The position numbers and the translations under genes were made by a program. Below the pieces are notes generated by a model. The model was not told where the DNA came from. It ran no database searches and worked only from the letters and a program-made list of their open reading frames with translations. From a virus (Duplodnaviria; Caudoviricetes), in the IMG/VR virus record IMGVR_UViG_2889931527_000001: a DNA stretch of 64,000 nt, one strand, 5' to 3'. Shown piece by piece: positions 1-9,436 of this stretch. Position 1 is the first letter of the stretch. The number at the start of each line of letters is the position of its first letter.

Positions 1-459
1 CGCTGGTATCATGCTTCCTGATATGCAGTGCGGGGAAAATGAAATGTGGGTCAAGGGGTGTGTGGAGAGTATAGCACACACATGTTTCGTGTTTCCAAAA
101 CTGGAGGCTACTTGAAAACTACCCCCTCCCACAGCAGGCGAAATGTGAAAAAGTCCTCCTGTTCTGGAAAATTCAAGGGTGAGACTTCTCATTCCAATGT
201 GTAATGAGAAGTTAAAAGGCCGGATTTTTGTATAAAATGACCACAAAATTATCGATTTCTGGAATGATTTCACTAGTTGCAACTAGCAAAATCACCAAAA
301 GCCTATTTCATACTTATCAGGTATGAATTGATGACCCTCCGAGAAATGAGAAAATTTGTAAATATCCTGATTCTGTAAAATGGATATAAATTCCAGACGA
401 GTATTATCCCGAAATCCGGGTAACAGCCGATGTCATGATTTTACATACTTTTCCAAACC

Positions 460-515
460 ATTCTCACTTCATTCTCATTCTCATTCTCACCCGTTCTCAC
501 TTTTCACATCATTCC
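460..515 (+). repeat. Degenerate tandem (ATTCTC)n repeats in a long non-coding stretch
   Basis: ttctcacttcattctcattctcattctcacccgttctcacttttcac; related TTCTCA/TGAGAA words at ~186-210 and ~340-352. Confidence 0.7.
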
Positions 516-1208
516 CCAAAAAATAAAATACAGGGCGTATGACAATCTGTATTTGCTCCGCACCCCAAAGACAAGGCCTGTACTGCTCCGCATACAAACA
601 AGGTCTTTGCCTGGATGTCTTGTATATAAAGCGGTTTTCCTGCGCTGTATTTGATTTTCGCTTTTCGGGTATGTGTTTATATGCCTGTTTGGCTTACGTT
701 GTTTCTGCGCGTTCTGCGCGGCTGTATGCGGTTGGCTTGTGTGTATGTACTGATGATACCATAATGATATGCTTATTGTCTATCCCTCTGAGCTGCCCCG
801 TGGTTGCTCTACTCATACCCTATACACTCTGTACACAAGGACCGCACAAAGTGGCATATACGGGTCATGGGGTGAAATGCAAGGCCGGTTCGATCTGGGC
901 TTGTGCCGTTGCTGCTGATCGTGGTTTGTGCTGCGCCCTGGCTGGCTCTCTCCCTATACGCTCTGCAAGTGGCTCTGTATATGTTGCGCGTATTGTGATA
1001 GCATGTTGGAACGGATGCAAGACAAAAGAAAAGCCGCCCCGGATGGGGCGGCGTACAGTTATGATATTTCAACGACTCCAAATTTCCGCTTGTCGGGGTC
1101 GTGTTCGTTGTTCCATTCCATTTCAGCGATAGCTTTGAATCTATCATCGGTCTGCAAAATACAATGGCGATAGCGCATAGAGTCCTCAACAAAAACCATA
1201 TACATAGA

Positions 1209-1400
1209 TTATTCCTCATCCGTAGTATAAAAGTCATCCAGACTGATATTGAGTGCATCGCATATTATGCGCGCCGTAGATATGCGGCAATCTCCGCGTC
1301 GCTCAATATCTTCTATGGTTCTTCGTGACAGGCCACATAAATCTGCAAGCCTGGATTGTGATAGACCAGCCTGTTGGCGTAATTGCTTGAGCATAAGCAT
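1209..1400 (-). CDS. XRE-family helix-turn-helix protein
   Basis: LKQLRQQAGLSQSRLADLCGLSRRTIEDIERRG HTH_3 pattern. Confidence 0.85.
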   Translation of the reverse strand: MLMLKQLRQQAGLSQSRLADLCGLSRRTIEDIERRGDCRISTARIICDALNISLDDFYTTDEE

Positions 1401-1407
1401 ATGTGCA

Positions 1408-1563
1408 TCAATCCTTTCCGCGTGCCGCTTTTCGTATTACAAGCACAAAAACGGCTAGAGCGTTTATGATAACTAATGTCCGATTAGCTGGTTGCCATTG
1501 ACACGCGACAGCAGCGATAAGATTCGCTATCAGGAGTAAGACAAGGAATTTTCGTTTATTCAT
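1408..1563 (-). CDS. Small hydrophobic membrane peptide (51 aa), not in the ORF track
   Basis: MNKRKFLVLLLIANLIAAVACQWQPANRTLVIINALAVFVLVIRKAARGKD; two hydrophobic segments. Confidence 0.55.
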   Translation of the reverse strand: MNKRKFLVLLLIANLIAAVACQWQPANRTLVIINALAVFVLVIRKAARGKD

Positions 1564-1633
1564 ATTGATTTATCCGGTGGAATAGAATAGAATAAAGAAG
1601 TGGAGGGCTTCCGCCCTCCGCCCTGGCTGTCAA

Positions 1634-1741
1634 CTAAGACTTTAATGCTGTAATCAAAGCCGCTAGTGCAAATACTGCTTCGATTATCAGTTCAATTATG
1701 TCTATGGTTGATGGCCTTTTCTTTTTTGTCCTTTTGCCCAC
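1634..1741 (-). CDS. Small basic/hydrophobic peptide (35 aa), type I toxin-like
   Basis: GTG start after GGAAAGGAGGT; MGKRTKKKRPSTIDIIELIIEAVFALAALITALKS; convergent sigma70 promoter at 1565-1593. Confidence 0.65.
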   Translation of the reverse strand: MGKRTKKKRPSTIDIIELIIEAVFALAALITALKS

Positions 1742-1816
1742 CGGACTACCTCCTTTCCTTTAGTATGGTTAAATTATACCACGTATAGACGTGGCAGTCA
1801 ATAGGAAATCCAAAGT

Positions 1817-2320
1817 TTATTTTGCATTTTCCAAATATTTTTTTGTGCGTCCTCTTGCCTGCTCAATCCTGCGCCAAGTGGTGGATGGTGCTGCGCCTAT
1901 GTGCTGTGATATTTCTGTGATCGTGTATCCATAGGACAGCATTTGCACCAGCTCGCCGCCCCTGTCTATTGCGTCGCGTATTGCGATGGCATCGACCATT
2001 GTATCGGGTTCGGGGGCGTCGATGTCATCGAGATCTAAATAATGGGTATGTTTTTTTTGTGCCCTGATAGCGCGGCGCACTGCTTCATATGCTGCCCGCC
2101 GGATTTTTGAATCTGGTGTATCGTCTGTCTGGTTCGATGACTCCTGCATAATAATGTATGCGTCCGCGGCTAGATCGGCGTAAGTTGTGTATGTGCGGTT
2201 TAGCTGGCTTCCCGTGCGTCGTGCATAATTGGAGGCCGCAATTTTTACGGCCTCCACAAGTGCGTTATATTGCCGCAACTCTGCGGCGTGCCTCTCCCGC
2301 TCGGCGTTGTAGTCAATCAT
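1817..2320 (-). CDS. Sigma-factor-like protein with C-terminal HTH
   Basis: YADLAADAYI region-2-like segment; GYTITEISQHIGAAPSTTWRRI region-4 HTH. Confidence 0.6.
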   Translation of the reverse strand: MIDYNAERERHAAELRQYNALVEAVKIAASNYARRTGSQLNRTYTTYADLAADAYIIMQESSNQTDDTPDSKIRRAAYEAVRRAIRAQKKHTHYLDLDDIDAPEPDTMVDAIAIRDAIDRGGELVQMLSYGYTITEISQHIGAAPSTTWRRIEQARGRTKKYLENAK

Positions 2321-2494
2321 TTATCCCACCTCATAGCCATTGATGCCGACAAAATATTCCTGGCCCATAGTGTTTACAAATGCGCTGTCCCCGTCGCCGT
2401 CGGTCTGGATGTCCAGCGTTTTGATGGTTGCAAGGTGTCCGGCGGTGAATGCCATAGCGGCGGTGATGATGATAGCAATGATGGTCTTTTTCAT
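2321..2494 (-). CDS. Small phage protein with signal-like N-terminus
   Basis: MKKTIIAIIITAAMAFTAG...; GGAGGG RBS. Confidence 0.5.
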   Translation of the reverse strand: MKKTIIAIIITAAMAFTAGHLATIKTLDIQTDGDGDSAFVNTMGQEYFVGINGYEVG

Positions 2495-2520
2495 GGTTTT
2501 AGCCCTCCATACAAAATTTT

Positions 2521-2871
2521 TTAGTGATTGTTATTTTTAGTGGCGGTCCAATGCTTGCCACACTGGCGCACAAAATAAAGGTGTCGCCCATAATCTTCGA
2601 TTGCATCGCCGGACGGGTTCAGTCCGTGCGACAGCATTGCCATAATACAATGCTTTTTCAGTTCTCGCAGTGCTGCGAAATAATCGTCTCGCCTTGCGTC
2701 AATATCGTATTCGACAAGCAAAATAACTTGGTGCAAGTTATCAAAAAATCCGTCAAGGTCGAAATCTACGGAAACCACGCCCAGAATTTTCAAAAGATCG
2801 TTTTCGAGCGCTTCACACTGATTCAAGATGCCGAACCGCTGCGCGGTTTCTTTTTGTTTGTTGTCTTTCAT
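2521..2871 (-). CDS. Hypothetical phage protein
   Basis: ORF in a tightly packed minus-strand operon with RBS. Confidence 0.6.
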   Translation of the reverse strand: MKDNKQKETAQRFGILNQCEALENDLLKILGVVSVDFDLDGFFDNLHQVILLVEYDIDARRDDYFAALRELKKHCIMAMLSHGLNPSGDAIEDYGRHLYFVRQCGKHWTATKNNNH

Positions 2872-2875
2872 CGCT

Positions 2876-3151
2876 TTATATCTCCACTCTGACTATCTCT
2901 AATCCTTCGTCTGCTACATCGGGCAAAAATGTCCCCAGCATTTCCGGAGTTGTATAAATTTTGTAACCGTCCGCGCTTTCAAAACATACAAGCTCTGTTT
3001 CTTTGTCGCACAGATGTAAAACATATTCGCGCCCGGCGTACAGATAACGCGCCCCATCGATATAATAAGCAGTCGCGTCCGCGCGCGTTTCTGCGGCTAG
3101 TTCCTCTATTGTTTTCGTAAGCTTTCCGCTTTTGTCTCTGTATCTTTTCAT
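2876..3151 (-). CDS. Hypothetical phage protein
   Basis: GGGGAG RBS; operonic spacing. Confidence 0.6.
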   Translation of the reverse strand: MKRYRDKSGKLTKTIEELAAETRADATAYYIDGARYLYAGREYVLHLCDKETELVCFESADGYKIYTTPEMLGTFLPDVADEGLEIVRVEI

Positions 3152-3165
3152 TAGGTACTCCCCCC

Positions 3166-5061
3166 TTATTTCCCGTTATAGTCAATATAGATTTTCGCGC
3201 CATGCTCGCGCAAATACTCGCGTACCGCTTCCATTGCTGCCGGGTCGCATGATGTAAAGCGGCTTTTCCGCATTGTTACGCCTTCCATAGTGCCGGGCAA
3301 ATCCTCCCAAAAGAGCGAATCAGGTAAATTGATATTACCGGACACAATTAGCACGGACGGCCCACGGTGCAGCGTCATGTAATGCAATCCGCGCTTGTGT
3401 TTGGGCTTGACGATGATTTTAGCCGCGTCATCATATTGCGCATAGCGTACAGGCTCCCAGCTCGACCACGTTGCAGCCGTAGTCGATACGCCACCGAATT
3501 CACTTTCTTTGATGATCGTCACCCGCTCGCCGGTGGGAATGTTTGCGCGTGTAAGCCGTTCGCGGATTGAGTTGCGTTCAGACATGCGGCGATAAAGCCA
3601 CATTTTAAGATCATCAATAGATACCGCTTGGACAATTTCCCTTGTGATCGTGTCCATATGCGGCTCCATTGCGTTTTTGTAGTCCTCTGACGTTTTCCAA
3701 TCGCCGCCGCATAAGTCTAATTTTTCAATGGTTTCTGCGCTGATGTCCTCAATGCAGCGCGCCGCGTCGAGAACCTCCGGGTTTTGTTCCGGTTCGGCGG
3801 GGATGGGCAGACGTTCGGCGCAACCATCCCACGGCGCGACGGCGATATAACGGGCATAGTTATAGCCTTCATCATCTACAACCGCCCAAAGTTCGCCGGT
3901 CGTGGTATAGATAGCGGTTGCGAGTGTATACCATTTCACGCTTTCGCGCTCGTCTGCGTCCATGTTATGGCAGTCAATCATTGAGCCAATACGGGCGTCA
4001 AATGTGCGGCTACCGCCTACGGCGCGGAAAAGTTCGGGTACATCATGCAACAAAGCTTTTTCGCCCCATGCGTTGAGCAGTTCGGCGGGTGCGGTGATTT
4101 CTTCCAAAATAATGCAATCAGAAATATCAACCGCGTTTTCTTCTGCGGCTTCGCGAGCTTCATTCAGATCGGACGCTTTACGCGTAAGCGGTGCGCTGGG
4201 GATGATATATTGTTCTGATTCTTCCAGCGCGCGGACGGTCGCCGCTGCTTTCAATGCTTCAATAGCTGCATGGGCTTCGGCTTCCCGCCGTTCAAATTCT
4301 TTTGCGGCTTCTGCGCGGCGTGCTTTTTCTTCTTCCCATTCGCGTTTCTGGCGTTCTTCTTCCTTGCGCTGTTCTTCTGCAATTCGGGCGCGGAAAGCTT
4401 CGATTTCCTGCGTCTGTGCTTCGGTGGGTTCGGTCTGTTTGTAGTTGTAAGCGATTCCGACAGTCTCATAAAAGTTAACATCAAAATAGTCTGTCATGCT
4501 GTCCGAATCATCGTAGTTATAAGATTTCAGCAGTTGGCGCGCGTAATCTTCAATAGCAGATAATTCCGGGGACTTTTCAGCCCATTCCCGCATATTTTCA
4601 CAGCCTTTAGCGTTTTCGTAGGGGGCCGAAACAAGATAGACATTAACGGAGTTATAACCCGCCGTCGTCACGCTCCATTTTGTACCGGGAAAACGCTGGG
4701 ACAGATGCTTTTTGACCGTTGCGGCAATTTCCTTGTTAGACATGCCGCGCTTGTAGTTGCTGCCAACAAAACGCGCGTGGCAATCATCGCCACCAGGGCC
4801 GGGGGTCCAGCGCGTGCGCTCCCAAAGATCGGGAATGCTTTCGGCGGTTACGCTTGTAACGGTTTCCGCGCTCTCAGCGTTTGCAATCTGCATTGCGATT
4901 TTCAGAGTCTTTTCAGACTGCCGCGCCCACCATAAACGCTGCGCGCGGCTCCACCGATAACCGGCGGCCTTGATTGCTTCCAGCACATCGGCGGCGGGCT
5001 TTCTGTCAAAGCGGATTTCTACGCCATTCTTTTCGGCGTTCAGTGTGTATGTTGCGTTCAT
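3166..5061 (-). CDS. Large polyvalent-protein-associated (LPD29-like) phage protein
   Basis: Start MNATYTL after AAGGAG; KEIAATVKKHLSQRFPGTKWSV...YNYDDSDSMTDYFDVNFY motif, then a coiled coil. Confidence 0.7.
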   Translation of the reverse strand: MNATYTLNAEKNGVEIRFDRKPAADVLEAIKAAGYRWSRAQRLWWARQSEKTLKIAMQIANAESAETVTSVTAESIPDLWERTRWTPGPGGDDCHARFVGSNYKRGMSNKEIAATVKKHLSQRFPGTKWSVTTAGYNSVNVYLVSAPYENAKGCENMREWAEKSPELSAIEDYARQLLKSYNYDDSDSMTDYFDVNFYETVGIAYNYKQTEPTEAQTQEIEAFRARIAEEQRKEEERQKREWEEEKARRAEAAKEFERREAEAHAAIEALKAAATVRALEESEQYIIPSAPLTRKASDLNEAREAAEENAVDISDCIILEEITAPAELLNAWGEKALLHDVPELFRAVGGSRTFDARIGSMIDCHNMDADERESVKWYTLATAIYTTTGELWAVVDDEGYNYARYIAVAPWDGCAERLPIPAEPEQNPEVLDAARCIEDISAETIEKLDLCGGDWKTSEDYKNAMEPHMDTITREIVQAVSIDDLKMWLYRRMSERNSIRERLTRANIPTGERVTIIKESEFGGVSTTAATWSSWEPVRYAQYDDAAKIIVKPKHKRGLHYMTLHRGPSVLIVSGNINLPDSLFWEDLPGTMEGVTMRKSRFTSCDPAAMEAVREYLREHGAKIYIDYNGK

Positions 5062-5168
5062 TGTTGTTTTCTCCTTTCTTAAATCCCCCACGCCATGCAC
5101 AGCAGCGGCGCGGCAATAATAAACGTGAAAAGTAAAAATACTAAAATGTTTTTCAACTGTATACCCCC

Positions 5169-5540
5169 TTATGCCGTCAGTTCGATGTAAAATGAGCCGT
5201 CGCAATCTTCGACGCACCAATGGTACCCGCCAAGGTAATACTCGCAGCGCCCAGTGCTTTCGTTCCAATACGCTTCCCGGTCGTTCCAACAACCGTTTTC
5301 AATGCTTTCGATGATTCCGTCTTTCCATCCGACAAAATGCTCGGCAAATTCGGTTTTCTCAATCGCGTTAAAAAAGCGATTTACTGCCGTTTTCCAGCGT
5401 TTGCAATCCGTCATCAGGTCTGCGCAAATTGTTCCGTATTTAGGATTCTTGACGATGGCGACCAATTCATAGTCTTGTTTATGTTCGCATTCGCAAAACG
5501 CATCGAAGTTTTCAAAAATCATAGTTTTCATTATTCGCAC
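5169..5540 (-). CDS. Hypothetical phage protein
   Basis: First ORF of the minus-strand early operon. Confidence 0.55.
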   Translation of the reverse strand: MRIMKTMIFENFDAFCECEHKQDYELVAIVKNPKYGTICADLMTDCKRWKTAVNRFFNAIEKTEFAEHFVGWKDGIIESIENGCWNDREAYWNESTGRCEYYLGGYHWCVEDCDGSFYIELTA

Positions 5541-5686
5541 CGCACTTTCTGTATTGTGTTCTGTTCTTTCGTTGTGTCTATATTATTACATGGTTTAACC
5601 ATATTATCAAGTAGTAAATTTGCACAAAGTTAAACCATGTATTTTGCATAATTTATGTATTGTTAAGTTAATGAATAGCGTGTATA

Positions 5687-5887
5687 ATGTTGCCGGGAGG
5701 TGATACCGTGGCTTTGACAGAATCACAGCGACGCGCAAACAATAAATATATTGCCAAACACATGACCGTTTTAGGTTGTAAGGTTCGCAAAGACTATGCC
5801 GAGACGGTACGAGAAAAGGCGAAAGCAGAGGGAACGACAGTGAATGCGATATTGAGAAAAGCGCTTGATGATTTCATGCAAGAATAA
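5687..5887 (+). CDS. Ribbon-helix-helix/Arc-like small regulator
   Basis: SQRRANNKY...TTVNAILRKALDDFM; GGAGGTG RBS suggests a GTG start near 5708; terminator follows. Confidence 0.7.
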   Translation: MLPGGDTVALTESQRRANNKYIAKHMTVLGCKVRKDYAETVREKAKAEGTTVNAILRKALDDFMQE

Positions 5888-5890
5888 GAG

Positions 5891-5922
5891 CAGCCCGGCG
5901 AGTGATCGCCGGGCTTTGTTTT
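5891..5922. terminator. Terminator hairpin between convergent genes
   Basis: agcccggcga-gtga-tcgccgggct followed by a T-rich tract. Confidence 0.7.
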
Positions 5923-6085
5923 AGTCCTGCGCGCGAGAAAGCGCGGCGGCATAGCTTTTAAAAATGTATTGTCCTGCTTTTCGCATCTGCTCGACTTCTG
6001 CTTTGGTCAAGTGAATTTCTTGCACATCGCCGGAAGGCTGGCCGAAAGCATCTAGCGGGAGAATATACCATTTACCTTTGTGCAT
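5921..6085 (-). CDS. Small hypothetical protein (54 aa)
   Basis: MHKVKWYILPLDAFGQPSGD...; GGAG RBS. Confidence 0.45.
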   Translation of the reverse strand: MHKGKWYILPLDAFGQPSGDVQEIHLTKAEVEQMRKAGQYIFKSYAAALSRAQD

Positions 6086-6228
6086 TGTTATCGCTCCATT
6101 TTATATAAAGGCGTCTTGATTTCGTTGCCTTACTTGGTTTATAATCAAGGTAGCCGGGGTAAGGCTCCCGGCTTGCCTTGTGCGTTGGCTTGCGGTGTTG
6201 CTTTGCGGGCGTTACCGCAAGCCGTTAT

Positions 6229-6354
6229 TTAATTTGTTTTAGCCTGCCGGATGATTTCAGCGGCTTCGCTTGGCGTCTTGGCGGTTGCTTCGATCAGCTT
6301 CGCCAAGGTTTCCAAGAATGCGTTGAACTCTGCATTCGTCATGCCTTCGGTCAT
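6229..6354 (-). CDS. Small helical peptide (41 aa), not in the ORF track
   Basis: GAGGT RBS; MTEGMTNAEFNAFLETLAKLIEATAKTPSEAAEIIRQAKTN. Confidence 0.6.
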   Translation of the reverse strand: MTEGMTNAEFNAFLETLAKLIEATAKTPSEAAEIIRQAKTN

Positions 6355-6549
6355 TACCTCACTTCCTTTCATAAGAGGTTTGCGCCTCTGCCTTACAAAT
6401 ATATTATAGTCTATTTTATGACTACACGCAATAGGTAATAGATATTTTTATGACTATATTTCTGCTAAATATATAGCTATAATTTTGTCTATAATGACCA
6501 GAAAAAATGATGGGTGCTAATGGCTATATATAGTGTAAGGGTGATGTAA

Positions 6550-6762
6550 ATGATTAGATATAAGTTTGACGTGCTGGAAAGTTTGAAGAAAACCGGAATC
6601 ACGACGTATTCACTAACAAAAATCTATAAAATGTCCCCAGCAATAGTGCAAAAGCTGCGGGAAAACGATTGCAATATTAGTGTATTGACGATCAATAAAC
6701 TATGTGGAATGTTACAATGTCAACCAGGCGATTTGTTGGAATGGTTGCCCGATGATAAATAA
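6550..6762 (+). CDS. Cro/C1-type HTH regulator (YozG-like)
   Basis: TINKLCGMLQCQPGDLLEW motif. Confidence 0.85.
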   Translation: MIRYKFDVLESLKKTGITTYSLTKIYKMSPAIVQKLRENDCNISVLTINKLCGMLQCQPGDLLEWLPDDK

Positions 6763-7104
6763 TGGTATATGTGTAATTAAATAGAATTTTACGAAAAAAA
6801 TTACATGTTTGATGGAAAATAATTCAATGGAATAAATTAGAAATAACCTTGAATTTCTCGCGCTTGCGCGTAGGGGTAACACGCGGTTCAAAAATCCCCC
6901 CGGCACTGGATATGATATATTGTTTTCGGGATCGAACCGGTGAATATATCGTTAGGGCGCGATAAAAAATTCCACGGGACTTTAATGTGTTTCCAACACA
7001 AAATCAAAAAAATCAAAGTTTGATAGGAAATATTAAAAGTGTACTTAGCATTTTTCGTAAGAATTTTGCAAGTACACTTTCCGATTTTATGGAGGTTTGA
7101 TGAT

Positions 7105-7335
7105 ATGGATTTTGTAGGATGTTGCAAGGTATGTGTTTCAAATGCGGAATTTGTAAAGCAATTCAATCGCATTACTGGAAATCATTTGGGAGAACGCCGA
7201 AATCCAATCGAGATTGCGATAGATCAAGCATGCGGATACGACCCGGATAAATCGTTAATGCAAGCCTTTTGCACATTTGTGTTTGAGTATGTATGGGTTC
7301 CGATGACTGCGCAATGTGGAACGGAGATGGAATGA
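7105..7335 (+). CDS. Hypothetical protein
   Basis: GGAGG RBS; abuts the next gene. Confidence 0.5.
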   Translation: MDFVGCCKVCVSNAEFVKQFNRITGNHLGERRNPIEIAIDQACGYDPDKSLMQAFCTFVFEYVWVPMTAQCGTEME

Positions 7336-8004
7336 ATGTCTGAGAAAACATCCAATTGCATTTGTACGCGCTGTTTCCATAGCTATGTTTGCGAAAAATA
7401 CAATGCGGATAGAGATGCAGCCCGTGACAGATGTGCATATAATAACGATCACTTTGTTGGATTCGATGCAATAAATATCAATGTGCAAGACTCCAAAGCG
7501 AGTTCATCCGATTATCTACGTGGTACGGCTCCATACAAAGTAAAGCATATCGCGGGCTACATTATATTACGACACAATCAATATCGGATTGCGATTCAAA
7601 ATCTGCGATTGCAGTACATATTGTATGCAGCATGGATTGAGTATTCATACCATAATAATAGGAGTTTGTTCAACGAAGATTTCTATGCGATGAATTTTGG
7701 GCCAGCGTGCCTTGATGTATATTGGAAATACTGCGCATGGGGCGGGATGGATATATCTGTGAGCGAAGCTTTACTATATGAAGATAGGCTGCACTTAGAT
7801 ACCGAAGATATAGATTTCCTTGACCGAATTGTTGGAAAGTATGCGCATATATCCACTCATGATCTGAGTGAATGGACGCGCATGGAGGGTTCGCCATGGC
7901 ATCATATATATAAAGAGTTGCATAGACCGAATAGAAGGATTCCATTCGATATGATAAGAAGAATGGGGCAAACATTTAATTCATATAATAATACTGTGAA
8001 TTAA
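7336..8004 (+). CDS. Panacea/SocA-like (DUF4065, GepA) antitoxin-domain protein with Cys-rich N-terminus
   Basis: LRLQYILYAAW...LFNEDFYAMNFGPACLDVY...LSEWTRMEGSPW pattern. Confidence 0.75.
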   Translation: MSEKTSNCICTRCFHSYVCEKYNADRDAARDRCAYNNDHFVGFDAININVQDSKASSSDYLRGTAPYKVKHIAGYIILRHNQYRIAIQNLRLQYILYAAWIEYSYHNNRSLFNEDFYAMNFGPACLDVYWKYCAWGGMDISVSEALLYEDRLHLDTEDIDFLDRIVGKYAHISTHDLSEWTRMEGSPWHHIYKELHRPNRRIPFDMIRRMGQTFNSYNNTVN

Positions 8005-8229
8005 AAACAAAAGTCGCTCCGCCTACGATCATAAACAAAAGTACCTATAAAGCTTGACTCGCTCCGCATACTGCTATAACCAAAAGTGGGGATAAGACCG
8101 ACTCCCTCCACTCACGATCATAACCAAAAGCGGGGGATAGGTTGTAAGTAATTCGATTGTGTGGTATAATCAATCGTGTAGAGAAAACGGCGCTTGTATC
8201 AGTTTTGACTGATCTATGCACAAACGAAA

Positions 8230-8280
8230 AGAGCAACATCCTACGACTGGTACTTGTGGGATGTTGCTCTTTTTATTTTT
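8230..8280 (+). terminator. Intrinsic terminator
   Basis: agagcaacatcc...ggatgttgctct followed by a T-tract. Confidence 0.75.
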
Positions 8281-8457
8281 GAATATAAAAAGGACCTTTC
8301 CGAATGGTGGAATACTCAGAAAGACCCTCATGCTGATACAGAAAAATGAACTCTATTCATAACACTATGAACAATCAAAGAATCCTGTAGCTTGAATATG
8401 TAGCTTATTTATATTATACAGCATTCATATACAAAAAGCAAGCGATTGCAGAAGATT

Positions 8458-9216
8458 TTAAGCGACTCCTACCATCAAGAGTCGGAATGTCTCACGCCCT
8501 TTGGGCGTGACCATAGTTTGCGTACCGCCCCATTGTGTTTTTTCATTGTAGCATTCTTTCAACTCAAAAATTTCATCATCCACATGGGTCTGATACGGCA
8601 TTAGCTTGCCTTTCCTGTCTCGGTACAAATACTTTTTCTCTAACAGGAATGAAACAAACTTATTCTGCTGGATGCCAAGTTCTTTTGCGGTTTCACGCAA
8701 ACCGGTCAGCAAATTACGATCAACCAGTTCATCAAAGTATGCAGCTTTGGGAGCCATGATTTGATTTTCTACTGTCAGTGCAGAGATACGGGCTTCGCGC
8801 TCGGCCAGCGTCTTTTGCGCAACCATCAACGCCTTTGCCATTAGTTCTTCGGCGCTCATTTCCTCTTGACCAGCGATATATCCACCGTGCTTGCGGATGG
8901 AAGGAATAACTTCATCTGCGATCTTCGCTTGGAAAGCTTCGGCTGCGGCGTTCTTCGCTTTCATCGCAAGGCGATAGAAAATGTTTTCCGGGATGAAACC
9001 ATCTTTCGCCCACTTGTGGTCGAAACCAAATTCATCCAAAAATCCAAAGACGCGCTCCCAACGAATCGTGTTGTACTCAACCCCATTTTTGGTTTCCGTC
9101 TTAGTGAATCCTAATCCGCGTGCCACACTTTCCAGTTTGAGATAGGCCGTGCCATCTTTTTCAAAGCACTCGACCCCACTGATGTTGATAATCTCGGTGA
9201 TGTAATTTTCTTCCAT
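8458..9216 (-). CDS. Phage antirepressor (Bro-N-like + KilAC/ANT)
   Basis: FQAKIADEVIPSIRKHGGY; PKAAYFDELVDRNLL...TPKGRETF. Confidence 0.9.
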   Translation of the reverse strand: MEENYITEIINISGVECFEKDGTAYLKLESVARGLGFTKTETKNGVEYNTIRWERVFGFLDEFGFDHKWAKDGFIPENIFYRLAMKAKNAAAEAFQAKIADEVIPSIRKHGGYIAGQEEMSAEELMAKALMVAQKTLAEREARISALTVENQIMAPKAAYFDELVDRNLLTGLRETAKELGIQQNKFVSFLLEKKYLYRDRKGKLMPYQTHVDDEIFELKECYNEKTQWGGTQTMVTPKGRETFRLLMVGVA

Positions 9217-9259
9217 ACTATTTTCTCCTTTCAAGTGTTTCATTTTTTTTGGAAATTAA

Positions 9260-9331
9260 AAAGGCGCGGAACACACCAAATCATACTCAACTACTACTTA
9301 GCTAGTATGGTTTGGCGCGTTCCGCGCCGTA
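9260..9331 (-). promoter_or_regulatory. Class A leader attenuator (GGCGC-N5-GCGCC inside a terminator hairpin)
   Basis: ACGGCGCGGAACGCGCCAAA...TTTGGTGTGTTCCGCGCC plus U-tract, between promoter and antirepressor. Confidence 0.7.
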
Positions 9332-9436
9332 ATAATCATATTGGATTACACCCATTATATCATAAGTGGAGCATCCGGGGCAAGAAAAATTTATAAAATA
9401 TCGTGTGATGCAAATTCTTTGTGGATTGTCGTGGTA

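Noticed and set aside
539-1258. ORFs 539-1132 (+) and 809-1258 (-)
   Set aside because: No RBS, atypical Cys-rich composition, no recognisable motif.
8017-8131. CRISPR array
   Set aside because: Repeats are degenerate, spacers are too short, and there are no cas genes in the window.
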